Below, piece after piece: positions 49,872-62,500 of a DNA stretch of 64,000 nt. The first letter of the stretch is position 1, and each line of letters begins with the position of its first letter. The DNA is from Fimbriosthenelais zetlandica (lineage: Eukaryota). The notes under the pieces were generated by a model, which was given only the letters and a program-made list of their open reading frames with translations, did not search any database and was not told the DNA's origin. The stretch lies in contig OZ365118.1 of assembly GCA_977030845.1 (NCBI GenBank), positions 3,596,001-3,660,000 of the forward strand. The letters are read 5' to 3'. Position numbers and translations under genes: made by a program.

Positions 49872-52800
49872 GTAAGTTCTGCCTAACATTGCTCTCATTT
49901 CCCCCGCGCATCTTTAATTGGCGTTATGCAATGGCATGATTATGCTGATCAGGCTGAGGGAATGACAAGAACAAATTGTTATTTATAAATTATACAGTAC
50001 ATGACGCTGACTCATCAATCCCATCAATCATGACTGTGTCAATATCACGCCATTCTGGCCCGCGTTTTACATGGTCTCACATTTAACATATTCAATTGCC
50101 ACCCTCAGCTTGAATCCATACCATCCCAAATGTCATGCAATGTAACAATCTCAACCCTAACTCCGCGCTGTTTTACGTACTAGAAACTCCCTCTACAATC
50201 CCCTGAGTCCCCACGCTTCCATTAAGCAGAAAATATCAAGATTCTGACTTCTTTAAGCTTTAGCAGATTGACCTACATATAACCATCGAGCAAGTGACGT
50301 CATGGGCGTCTTAAAAATAGCCAAAGCGATTGCTCACCGGGCCATTAGATTCTCATCAATTTAAAAGTTCAGAAACGAGTGGACTGACTATGTATTGTGC
50401 CTTCCACCCGACTAGCAATAAGTATGAATGTTAAAATGCCATATAACAGGGAAAGATGGGCTGGATAATGTAAACAAGGCATAGGTCATAGAGCCTTAGA
50501 AATAAAGGCTTCGTAATACAAAATGATTGGGGGTCCATGAAGAATATTCCGAGCTTGAGATATTATTTGAGTGCCTGCAGCACATCATAATTTTCTGTAG
50601 AAATGGGCGCAGCAGAGGAAGTATGTACATATAACAGATCTCAATTGACCCCTGGCCTGGGAGGAAAGACTAGACAAGGGATGGCTTACAGTCGATCTTG
50701 CTAAAAGCAGAAAATGAGAACACATCTTTTAGAATTCCCAGGTCAGGGAGGTTCATATTGGTGCAGCAGGTGGTTGGGGCTAAGTCGAGGTTCTGCCTCA
50801 TCCCTGATTCGATAAAACAGCCTAACTTAGCCCTTTAGCACATTGGTCGTCTCAGCTTTCAAATGTCTTATAATTCAATTACTTCATGTACATGTATTGT
50901 GTAAGCATCATCCTTGATATTATCCACAGAGAGAGAGGGTTTTGAGTCAATATTCTGAGGAGAATAAGACTTGGGATAAGAAGGTAAAGGAAGGAAGACA
51001 AGCATTGATATACTTTATCTATAAAAACGTACTTAGCGTGGATCGATCACTTGACGGGACTGGCATTATTGGAGGGAAGTGGGGGGTGGGGGGTGCTTCA
51101 TGATGTATCATTAAAACATAAACACCCATTTAATGTGAGAGAGAGAAGGTGGAGGAAGTGATGCATTAGCATGTTGAATGGGCGTGTGATATTATGCCAC
51201 CTCGTAATTCAATTGGCACATTGAGTATGCGATATACACACACGAGCGCCGGTAAGTGGAGAAATATGTCTCGATCAATTTTCCAATGTCCTTCGCTTTT
51301 CCCCCTCCCCGCCAACCTAACTTTGCTCAGAAGCGCGCTCCTTCTGGCATCTGTTCTCATTGGAAATCGATGGCGTTAGAGCCATTACTACACGATGTCT
51401 TCCCTTTTTCTTGGTGCTTTACATGAGTCTAATTTCTGCACCACGTCCTTCTCATTAGATAAACCTTAGACCAGCCAGTTCTCCCACTATAATGGGCTCC
51501 AAGCATTGCTCTTGATTTTCTCTTTACTCACAAAAACTAAGTAGATAGACAAAGACAAACAGGGCCAGGCTTTTTGTCTTTGTGCGCTGAAAGGACAGAT
51601 GCAGTGTAAAAACGAGGTGGCCGCACTTTTTCCTCCGTTTGTATTCGTTTGCCTCGTTGGTCGTGATGGCAGACTTCACATCCGGTAGTGGCCCTGCTGC
51701 CGAGAACAGATAGACAAGTAATTCAGGCTAAACAAGTGTACGGTCTGAGGCCCACCTAAATCATCATCTAACACCACCCTTCTGTCTCCCGCCCGGAATT
51801 GGCATTCTGTAATTGCGCCCAGATAATAGGTTCACCAGGGCACAAGGAAACAATGTCCATGAGATGCCCCCAACTGGGTCTTTTCTGTCGCTCCCTGTTC
51901 ACAGCATGGCCACAGGGCCTCGTGTAATAGGCCCTGCAGCCAGCCTAGTGTCCCCTTGGCATTCACCAGAACCCTGGGATAGCTGAAATTTGGGTGTAAA
52001 TCCTTTTAGACTAGAGGTGTTGCCTGGAACGCTAATTTGCTGCCTTTTTCGTCAGGTGGCTGGGGTCAGGGCTTTGGTTGAGGAGGAATGGATTCATCAA
52101 GTGTAAGACTTGCTATCAGTCTCCAGGGTATCATTTCATGGCATGGAGTTGCTGATTCAGCTTAGGCTTATCCTTATCTGTGTTGATGGGGCAGGGCAGC
52201 TGCCATGGTCAGCGGTAGTGATATAGGGCCGGGATTACATTGTGATCAGAACCCAAAGGCAAATTACCAACTTCTTGGTCTGGGGCCTTGCTCAGGGCAG
52301 TCACTCAATTGATTGATCCCTGAGACATAATGCCAATAATGGTTGGCTTCGCCCGATGGGAGCCAGCGATCGATTGGTGTACAACCTAATATAGCGGGGT
52401 GGTGAGGGGACGCAAAGGCTTTGTCTTGGTCTGTGATATGCATGGGCAAGTAGAGGCGAGCTAGCAAGAGGCTGAACCACCCCATACTGCTCCCCTACCA
52501 TTCAATATTGTGCAAATATTGTCCAAACAATTAACAGAGCATATCCCACACACATGTGGATGTGGATCAAAGGCTGTAAGTTAATCATGGCGTGCTCAGA
52601 CCTGCGGGCCTTACCCATGTACACCCCTCCACATGAACATGTCTCTCTCACAGGTTTCAAGTGGCAGGATTTAGTGGGTAAATTGTGCAGGATAATTAGT
52701 GTTGAATCTGCAGGGAGTGCCATCTGTGTTTGTTTGAATTGCTCACTCACCCATTCCCCTCACAGTTATGCCCCCGGTTGATTAAAGCAATTTGAAGCGG

Positions 52801-53144
52801 GTACTCCGCTTCACTATTTATGCGTTTCCCATTTCAGGTTCGATAAACACTATTTGCAAGAGACAGGGCTGTAGGATACTTTGTTGCATGGAATTCTATG
52901 CCAGCTTCAGAGGGCCCATTTTCCATCTGCATGCAAGCCCACTATATGGCCCCTTGGAGCACAAGCAATTGGTCTTTTATGTATATCATTTGTAAGAGCT
53001 GCACAACAATTCCCCATATGGCTACATCCCTATAGCTATTTTCCAAGTCCCACAGGGGGTCAATATGTGGCTATATATCCACCATTAGTCTGTTCTGTAT
53101 TTGTCATACGCTGTTTTAATGACATTTATCCTGGTCTATTGCAG
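49872..53144 (+). other. Pcdh intron (3,273 bp, GT-AG, phase 1)
   Basis: GTAAGT at 49872 and ttgcAG ending 53144; frame preserved across the junction. Confidence 0.85.
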
Positions 53145-53860
53145 GCGGAGTGTCCAATCTGGAGCATGGACAAAAAACAGAGGAGCGACCACCGAGCTAC
53201 TCCACCATAGATCATACAGGGAGTATGATAGGCGGACAGAAGAGGAAACGTAACACGACAGAGGGTGGGATAGGACCACCACCAGCTCCCGGCAACACAC
53301 CACATCTAGCTCATCCACCTCCACCCTTCCCTCACTATCAGTCACATCAGTATCATCACCCCCATCATCATCATCAGAACCTTCCACATGCCCAGGTGGG
53401 CCCTCCTACTTCCTCTACTTCATCAGCTAACACAGCCAGTTATCTGAACATACCCCGTACCTATCAACCCAAGGGCTACAAAGTGGTCCCCAACACACAG
53501 ACTTTATGTCGCGGCACGTATCGCGACCCTCGCGACGACCGTCGCAGTCCCATCACCATCGGGACCACACAGAGACAAACTTATGTGCCATCCCAGAGTC
53601 CCTCTCTAACAAGTTTCCAACCAGAAGTGAAAAATACAGTGAACAATGTACATAACAGTGCTCCTTTATCAGACTCCCGGCCAGCTATGACGACCACGTT
53701 TGGTGCAGGTAGGACAGACTGTGTCCTTACATCATCAGATGGATCCACAGACAGAGATAGTGGACCGCCTGGGTCAGGTCATATAGCTAACAGTATAGCT
53801 AACAATAAACGCCTCTTACTTCCCCATGTGGTGCCCGGGTTGAGGGACTCGGTGGTGTGA
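53145..53860 (+). CDS. Pcdh: Protocadherin terminal coding exon 3 (His/Pro/Ser-rich cytoplasmic tail ending ...GLRDSVV*)
   Basis: Acceptor ctattgcag|GC. The phase 1 junction A|GC gives Ser and puts the 236-aa ORF in frame. Stop TGA at 53858-53860. Total spliced CDS 2901+163+716 = 3780 nt, a multiple of 3. Confidence 0.88.
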
Positions 53861-55785
53861 TTCTAACCCATTCTGTGTTGCCAAGCAAAGCCAAAGCATC
53901 AGGATACTCCGTGTGTGATTGGACTCTTTCCAGAGGATTTTTTGTTGTATAAAAGCAAGGCATTTTGCAGCGCTTAGAGCGTGGTGTGTGGAGTGAATGT
54001 GCATAATAATATTATGAGATGAAAGAAGAAAGTACTATGTTGATTTACACCGAGGACATCTATGTTGTCAACCATATTAGCCCATCGTGTTTATAAGATG
54101 AAGATGGGATTTAAGACATGGGACCGGCATATAATGATCCTATTTATATTTCCATGTAACAATATGGCAGTCTCAAACTTCCCAAACGCATTATACTAAA
54201 ATGCATTGAAATATTATTTTTCAGCAGCTGAAGCAGCATAAGGACATTATATCAATAGTCCATATTTGGATGTGGTGCAGTCGCCATGAAATATCAACAT
54301 GTCTGGTCTAATCGTTTTGATGGCTGTAATTAAAATTGTATTGTACTTTTCCTAACCAGTCACGCATGTGGAAGGAATGCACGATATGAGAAGACGGGGG
54401 TACCGGCCGGGGCGCCATTGTTACACGGGGCCATTGTTGAAGGGAGGATGTGTATTCGTATGATAATAACTTGCATGTTAACCCAACCCCAGCTCCCGTC
54501 ACTGTGACAATCCCATGTGGATATCCCATCCACGGGGGAGATTCTCAGCCCATGGACACGAGTGAACAAGCTGTGGGGGAGCGATACCAATCAAACGTCA
54601 ATAAGATTATGTCATGGCCTGCAATCGTGCCAGCGCCACAATGGCCTCTGTCGACCCAAATCTCACTGCTTTACTTTGCCACATTTTCCGTTTTCAGCCC
54701 AAACTTGCTGCGGGTCTTCTGATTAGGAGGAGCTGTTTCTAGCCTCAATATTATCAACCTCCCGGGACAATCTCAGCTTGTCAATGGGGATAAAACATTT
54801 ACACCTCTCCACAGCGATAAGCTTCAAGAAAATTTTCCTCCCCCTGCATATAGCTGTACATTGCCATAGCTTTTTAAAGATTGATAAATTAATTTTCATC
54901 ATCATAAATGCCCTCGGGATACTTTCTATTGTGGCCCTGGACTCTCATGGTCTAGAGAAGGATGGGTCAGAATAAGGTAGCTGAGGTGAAGGGTGAAGGG
55001 ACAATAGATAATACATGAGAAAAGATACATCTAATGTTCTGTGCTTCCCGGTTCAGTGTGATAAAATATTGGTATCAGGAATATCAATGTAATGCTATTC
55101 CATATATACATAACCTCATATGTGATATGTTTCTCAATTCCCCAAGGTAGAGATATGAAGACTGCAAGAAGGTTTTTTTTCTTATATTGATATGAGTCAA
55201 TTTTAATGGCCCGGAAGGCATATATTGCTCAAAGTAAGCCTACAAGGACTGTCTCCAAGAACGCCTGCCCTGCACATTCACTACACAGAGACTTGTGTCT
55301 AAATATGTTATGTGGTGTTAATCCATCAGTTTTGTAAATAATTGTTATATATTATGTCCATAGTATCGGCTTCGTATGGATTATCAAATGTAAGATACCT
55401 GTGCTGTTAAGATATCATATTTCGAGAGGGCAAATCTGAAACTTGTTGCAAATGAAATCATATGTGGTGGATAAGCAGAATCAAATATTGCAAATTTCCC
55501 ATTATATGATATTATTTCTCCTTGGTGAAATTTCATATTGAGGTAATTTAATGCGGTGTTTGCATTATAAAGAATACAGGTAGAGTGAATGTGGGGGGCA
55601 GGCCTGTACAAGCTGTTACATTCCGTAACATGATCAAGTGTAAACCTATTTTCCTATGCTCCACATACAGATTGAAGGTACGATGGTGAACTTTGTTTCT
55701 GTACGATGTATATATGTATGAAAACAATGCTAAACTTATAAGGTGGTCAAAGCTGGGTTGTACTCCTCTTTTGACTTGCGTGTAT

Positions 55786-55846
55786 AATAAACAAATAATT
55801 GTTAGTGTATATAAAATGGATGTTTAATTTTGAGATGCGAAATAAA
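55786..55846 (+). terminator. Likely polyadenylation signals of the Pcdh mRNA (3' UTR about 53861-55870)
   Basis: AATAAA at 55786-55791 and 55841-55846, the first such hexamers I found after the stop codon, followed by a T/GT-rich downstream tract (ttattgtgtttgagtttgagtt). Confidence 0.55.
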
Positions 55847-56377
55847 TTAATTTATTTACTTCATTTTAGTGTTTAGGACCATGATTTATTTGTCTATCCT
55901 GTTAATGTTTATTGTGTTTGAGTTTGAGTTCAATCCGAACAAATATTCATTCAGAAGTTAAGATAAGAGGACAATTGATTCCTACAAGAGACTTATCAAT
56001 GACAGCATCGTAATTCCCAATGATGGATCAGTCAACTCAGAGAAAAAGAAGTAAGGTAGCTATGAAAATATCACAAGCCATATCTCTGGAAGTTCCCATT
56101 GATTAAATATAACGCAATGATATAAAATACGTCATTAGCCATTAGATAAGAATGAGATTCCCTCGATGTAGGAAAACAATATCCTAAATCCAGAAAACAG
56201 TGGATGGTATAAGCGTCATGCCACAGAATATCAGTTTAAATCATAAAGCGTCAAGTAGTAGAGTGAGATGGCTACCTAGAGGCTATAAATGGGCGGGTAG
56301 TGAACTTAATTGATTTCACAAAGACTACCTTCAATCGGTCCTTATCAGACAGCGGGAAGCCTGCTGTAGACTCCATT

Positions 56378-56530
56378 TCATGCCTTTTCAATCTCATTAC
56401 CCAGTTTAATATTGGAGGGAGGCAGTGCGCGAGTTTCACCTTCAATGCATGTAGTCTGCCATTATCCAAAATCAGCAATATTTTTACTATCATGACAAGA
56501 GATTCAATTATGTGGAGGAATATAGAGGGA
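56378..56530 (-). mobile_element. Decayed IS630/Tc1-mariner-like DDE transposase fragment
   Basis: Minus-strand translation SIFLHIIESLVMIVKILLILDNGRLH...LPP, then after a -1 shift NIKLGNEIEKA*, resembling the ILDNAxxH...LPPYSPxLNPIExxW catalytic core. D-to-E spacing is shortened to about 25 residues. Confidence 0.4.
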
Positions 56531-59500
56531 GTCCATGAATAGAAGTGAATTAAGTGAAGCAAACGCTTCCACAGTGAGTCCAAGATAATACATCAGTGGT
56601 GAAATATTACAAGGACTGAATCAGATAGAGAAACTGATTCCATTACACAACCCATGGAATTACCAACAGCGAATTAACCCATTTTAAATCATAAAGGATT
56701 CCAAATGTGGTACATGTTTATAAAGGCAAGCTTGATGGTGAATAGAGATGGCTGTAGCATATCTATGATGGCGCTAATATCACATTATGTATGCTACTAG
56801 GGATGAATACTAAGATCCCACGATAATCCCATATGAGAAAAGTCAGTGTACGGAAGTATTGGGATCGATATGAGACTGGAGATAATGGTCAAGGGGCTGA
56901 ATGCTAACTCCTAACTCCAGCATGAGGCGGCAAATCACATCAACAAATGCATGGAGTCCGCTCCTCAGTGTCCAGTGCCGGGCAGTAGGAATCGATCACA
57001 TCTCCCGGTACTTCCCCATGAGTGCTATTTGAGAATTATGCCACGATTGGCCATGATTACAATACGACCATAAAACCTGTGACCTCTAACTCCAAGTAGC
57101 ATGTCCGCCACAAGTGTGAGCCACTATTTGGTCTTCACATTTGGAGCAATACTATTACCATTCAGTCTCAAATACAAACGCTGGGCATTAGGTTCTAATG
57201 GTTTCTACCATTACTGGGTATTTTCTATAGGATTACATAATGTAGGGTGATTATTCTATCAGGCTTTGCTGAAGTGGATGCACAAACATCGACCACTTTC
57301 ATATGAGATTCACATAGAATAAGGACATGCACAGCAGCATAAAGATGACATTGGACAAGGAGCATCTCTTGAAAAACAAATGTCACTAACATTCTGAGGT
57401 TGCTTCTGAAATGAAATTTCATCAGTAGAACTTTTCAACCTTAGACTTTTTCATGAACCCAGCATAGTCCTTTTGTCAAGAAGAAGTCTGAGTGAAGTCC
57501 TACTGTTCATCATGTCAATCATGGGGGGGTCTGTTATTAGATTTTTCTAGTGTTCAACTGTCATGAACACACATAGCACATTCTCTTACTTAGAGAGGAG
57601 AGGACATAGAGAAGCAATATATAGAGGAGCCTCCTAACATGGCTCCATCAATTGATCTCAGTCAGGTGGTGGTGGAATTCTCCCCGCTGACAGGGTTCCT
57701 CCAGCCCCCCCCCCCCCCCCACTCTGTAACATCATTCCAGGCCCACATCCACGTGCTGGTTTATGTAAATGGGCGTTTTATTGTGGCGCGAAAAAAGGAG
57801 TAGTCAGGAAGCAGCGATTACCATTGCCTTAGCTGGCAGATGAGGCAGCATTGTAAGTGGCAGGAGACTGGCCTGAGAATGGCCCTGTCAGACTACCTCT
57901 CCTATACTACTACACTGCCGGCTATTATGTAAGGTGTACCCATTGAACCTGTCAGTTTATACATACTGCTCCCTGCCTGCTATAGAGCAGCTCATCATCT
58001 ACCCACCCCTGTACAGCCAGTCTAGATTATAGCTCCCTTCACTTATCTCATAAAGGTATAGGCTGTCTTTGTCGTACTGCTTTAGCCTAGAGTTTTCTCT
58101 AATCATTATACAGCAGATTGTAGAATTGTGAATTGATTTCATGTATTTCCGTAAAAGGATATGTCAGTAGCATAATGTATACCCTAAAAGTGCCTGAACA
58201 TAAAAAAGAGCATTAGCAGGCACTCGACAGTTACGGAACATGTCCCATAAAATATTAAATCCCCTTCCTTCATGTTTGAAAGGAGACATCAGCGGGAGCA
58301 TAAAAAGATGCTATTTTTTGTAGTAATGGAATGTATTTGGCTTAAACTTACATTAAATTATGAAAACATGTCTTAAATACGGCTGGAGGGAGTGTAAGAG
58401 GGATGAGGAATAAGGAGACAAAACGCGAGGTGTGATTAGGCTTAAGCTGGCCGCGAGTTAACATCTTAAGGCACAATGTCAACATAGAATATGTGAATTA
58501 TTCAACCTTCAGCGGAGACATTATTTTATCTCCTCCCTGTTCCTTCTTTAATCACCTGCAAGACGATATGCATGGCTTTTGTTTTGCTTATCAATACGAC
58601 ACGGTGTGCTCGGCCGTGAGTGACAACAGTGAGATAAAAACCAGTTACTTGTACGGCGGATAAATAAAGTCTTCCTCACCCGTGTAGAGTGCGTCTATTT
58701 GTGAACAGAGAGGAAACTGAAGGAGAAAGAAACAGACTGTTACGCCCCTCAAAAATAAGGAGAAAAATAACTAAATTAATGATGACCCCAGGCTCTGCTG
58801 CAAGACTAGTTCTTCTTTCATACTCGCGGCTTTTTTCTTTGTTTATTAAGTCAATCAAAATCCGTTGAATTGGGCATTACTCCGGAGAGATAGGGCGTTT
58901 CATCTGGAGAATGTTTTTAGTGTAAATATAGGGAAGACTTGTGAGCACAATTTTGCAATTTACGATGACTGATGGAGGGGTAGTTTAAATCAGGTTTGGA
59001 CCGGCTGATTTGAGGCAAAATTCTTTTTAGTTAATGCAATTTTAAGCTTGCGTCGTGAACGCTCCATTGGTAATCTTTTTTCATTAGGCATCCAAGTCCA
59101 GCCTGAAGCTTTCCAATTAATAAGGGAGACTGAGCCAATATGTAATGTATTTTATGCCTTGGAAGTCCTATGCTCCGGTCATAATGGGGTTAAATTAATA
59201 AATTTTAAGAGAATTTTAAGGTAAAACCTTGGGTTAAAGCTAAGCGGGAGAGTGAAGTATGAGAAATGTAGTGGATGAGAGTCGGCAGCTCATGTGAAGG
59301 ACACCAGGGGATTGTGACCCATATTGGTTTTCCGTGTGGCTTCACGCCTGCGCAGAGATAGTGTGCATCCATCTTCCGGTTCGCAGGCCAGCGGAGCATG
59401 TCCCCGTCCACTCACGAGTCACTCCCGATATGCTCGGCGTCATTTGGAATTGCTGGCGTTTTTTTCACTGATATCACTGACACAGGCACTCAGTACCATC

Positions 59501-62500
59501 CATGTGTTTAGGACCGTCTCGAATTAACAGAACAGGTCGATATCATTGAATTTTCCGCCTCACCGGAGATGGGAGCAAATGTTTCAGCGCGTGCCACACA
59601 CGGTTCAATAGTCGCCGAGCTGGGCGCTCTGTGAAGCGGGTCCGAGGATCACAGTTTGTCCGACATATGGGCACGTTAGACAAATGTTCTGATCGAAGCG
59701 GCCCCCGAAATTGGCAATTAGAGAAATGTAAAGAGGCCCTGAAAGGTTTGCTTTGAAAGCGGCGAGCGTGCATTAAAAGGGCCAGTAACAAGCTTGCAGG
59801 GCAAGAGCCGCTGACGTGGCCTCAAGGCATGTTGCGTCCATGTTTGAAGAAGAGCTCCAATTAAAGTGATAAAATGCCTCGCTTTGGAGGTGGTTGGAAT
59901 CCAATTTTACTCCATCCACCAGTCCCGATGTGCTGTCTAGCCCCTCAACAAAAAGCCCCCCAAGCAGGTCTCCCCCGGCAAGCATATCCCCCGCTGAAAT
60001 GAAGGCGAATCATCGTAAGCCTGTCCTCTATCTAAACACTCCATCTTTGGTCGTCAGGGATCCTCCCCTCCTCCCCACATGGACCAGTGAATATTATCCC
60101 CCGGTTTAAGTAAACTAACTGGGAACACAAGCCTATTTGGATCCGGGGTTCCTCTCCATGTTTGGAGTTATTGAAGCTGAAACCCTTTGAATTGATTTTC
60201 TGAACCCTGTTACCGGAATCTGCCATCTGGGCTCACAGGATCGGGATCAAGGCTTTCAACTAAATGTGAAGGTGGCAATTCATACAAAGGCTTCTGGTTT
60301 GTTTCCCACCAAGCTCTACCCTTCTGTAGGTTATATTTGAATCTCACAATTCATTTTTTCACGTGTAAGTCCTATAGCAGATGGGAGCTGTCCAGGGCTG
60401 GGGGAGGGAATGGTAAAAGAGGTCTTTTTACATTCAGTTAGGAGAAAAAAAGTGTGGAGCCTATGGGGAGGATGATGGCGGGGTATGAGAGTTGTGAAGC
60501 GTTAATATCTACCCCCAGGACCACCCAGGTCTACAGGCCATGATTCATATTGCCATCTCTCTACCTCAATGGATGGGCTGAGAATCTGCTCTGGGACGTG
60601 CTCGCTGGGGGAATGGGCGTTCAGCTCTTGACTGATCATCCATGTGATCCAAGGATAGAAAAATTACTATCTATTGTGTAAGAGGGGTGATCCGGGAAGG
60701 GCTGTATGGCTCTCACCATGCGTACTCCATGGAGGATCTGCTCTCAAGCCATACTGCAGCATTATCCAATAAACTATTACAAAACTGGAGAAAGCGCCAT
60801 GCTGGGGAACCCTCAAAAAGGCATTTCCAATCTCAAACTCAAATAGGATGACTGAAAAAGGCTGCGGGTGTAAAGAAATGGTTTTAGTGATTCCCACCTC
60901 CATGGATTTTTTGGGGAAAGCATGCACTTTGCATGATGGGCAATAAAACAAGTCCAGGTGGACATGTCCTTCAACATAATACGGATTTTGTCACAATGAA
61001 TGGTGTGGAATATTCTCTTAGAATCAGATAATAATTATTCAAGAAATATTGCACCACCAGTTGATGTGAAATTGAATAACTGAAATAATTTGCTTTCGTT
61101 TCAGTTTACAAAAGAAATGTTTATTTTATATTATGGAGGCCAACTCCAAGTGACATAAGTCATATACCCAGCCTGAGCGGCCAGGGGTTCCATTTAATTG
61201 CTCCCTATATGGAAGGCCAAGTTGGCGGACATAGTAAACTTCCTGTGGAGGATTTTTCTGGTATTGGAGAGTGGTAGTTGTCTGATCGTATAAGTCGTGG
61301 GTCCAAATCAAATTTGACCTCACTTAGGTCAGAGTGACGCCGTTATGGATCGAGTCAAAGTCCATTTGAGTGGGCACCAGCAAGTCAGAGTCTGAAACTG
61401 AACTCCATGTGAACTATGGCAATTGACCCACGGTGGGGAGAGGGCAGGAGATGGCGGATACCGCAGACCCATTGAAAATAGGTTTCTATACTATTTGTTT
61501 CAATATTATAGCAGAACAAACTGTGTTCCTATAGAATCAAGGCAGGTATAGGGAGGAGTTTCTGATGCATTTACTTGCGGATTTTGTATAAAAATGACTC
61601 AAGGTACCGAAGTCCTCAGGGTTGATTTGTTGTTTGTTTTGTGAGGTACATTATATGGCAATTGATATAATAATCAACAGACTTTGTCACAAAATTATAA
61701 AGGAAATGGCCAAACTTTCCAGTAGTCTGTAGTTAATAAGAATAAGGCTATTGTGAAGTAGTGGGGATGGGGATGTGAGTTGTGGAGAGAGGGCCTGGAG
61801 GTGGAGGGAACATTGATTGGAAAAAGGATGTTTCTCCCGTCTAGTGTAAGAGAGATGAAATCTAAACTGGCAATCCACTGATTGGTCCTGCGAATTAATA
61901 ATTTGTCCGAGCAAAGTCACCCGAGCAAATTAAGTAACTCGCAATGGCTCGGGCAAATAACACAATATGCGCCGGCGGGAATTACCGACATATCCCTGGT
62001 ATGGGAGTAATTCGTCTGGTTGTACCACCTGAACACAGCCCAGACATGAGTTTTTATATGTCATTCTGCCCCTCTCTCTAGGCGCGGCTCATCCACCCAG
62101 ACTCCGCCAATTGGCAGGAATGTGTCATTTTCTAACATTTCTAATATTGTGGCAGCGACAAGCCATGTGATATGTCTTGTCAGGAATCACCAACAATAAA
62201 GGCTAGCATGTCAGGAAATGTAACAGTGGCTAAACTTTTTATTCTTCTTTCACCGTCGAGGATTGGTCAAATCCATCGCCATAGAGAAACGTTCAATTCT
62301 ATATACTACTCGCATATGGCCAGAGGCAATCTGGAAAATTGAACTTACAAACGTCAATGTGGTGAATGATTAGTATAGGGGGGTGAGAGGGGCAGGTGAG
62401 GGGTGGGGCTGGGGGTGGCTGGGGTGGGGCTGGAGCTCCATGGCAGGGTGTTGTGGGATGCTTGTAATAGGCCAGTCATATCCAGGCTAGGGTAGAGGAT

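Noticed and set aside
59894-60109. Ser/Pro-rich ORF as an alternative terminal Pcdh exon
   Set aside because: The plausible acceptors (59889, 59922, 59940) all enter in phase 2, whereas the available Pcdh donors are phase 0 or 1; there is an in-frame stop at 59870.
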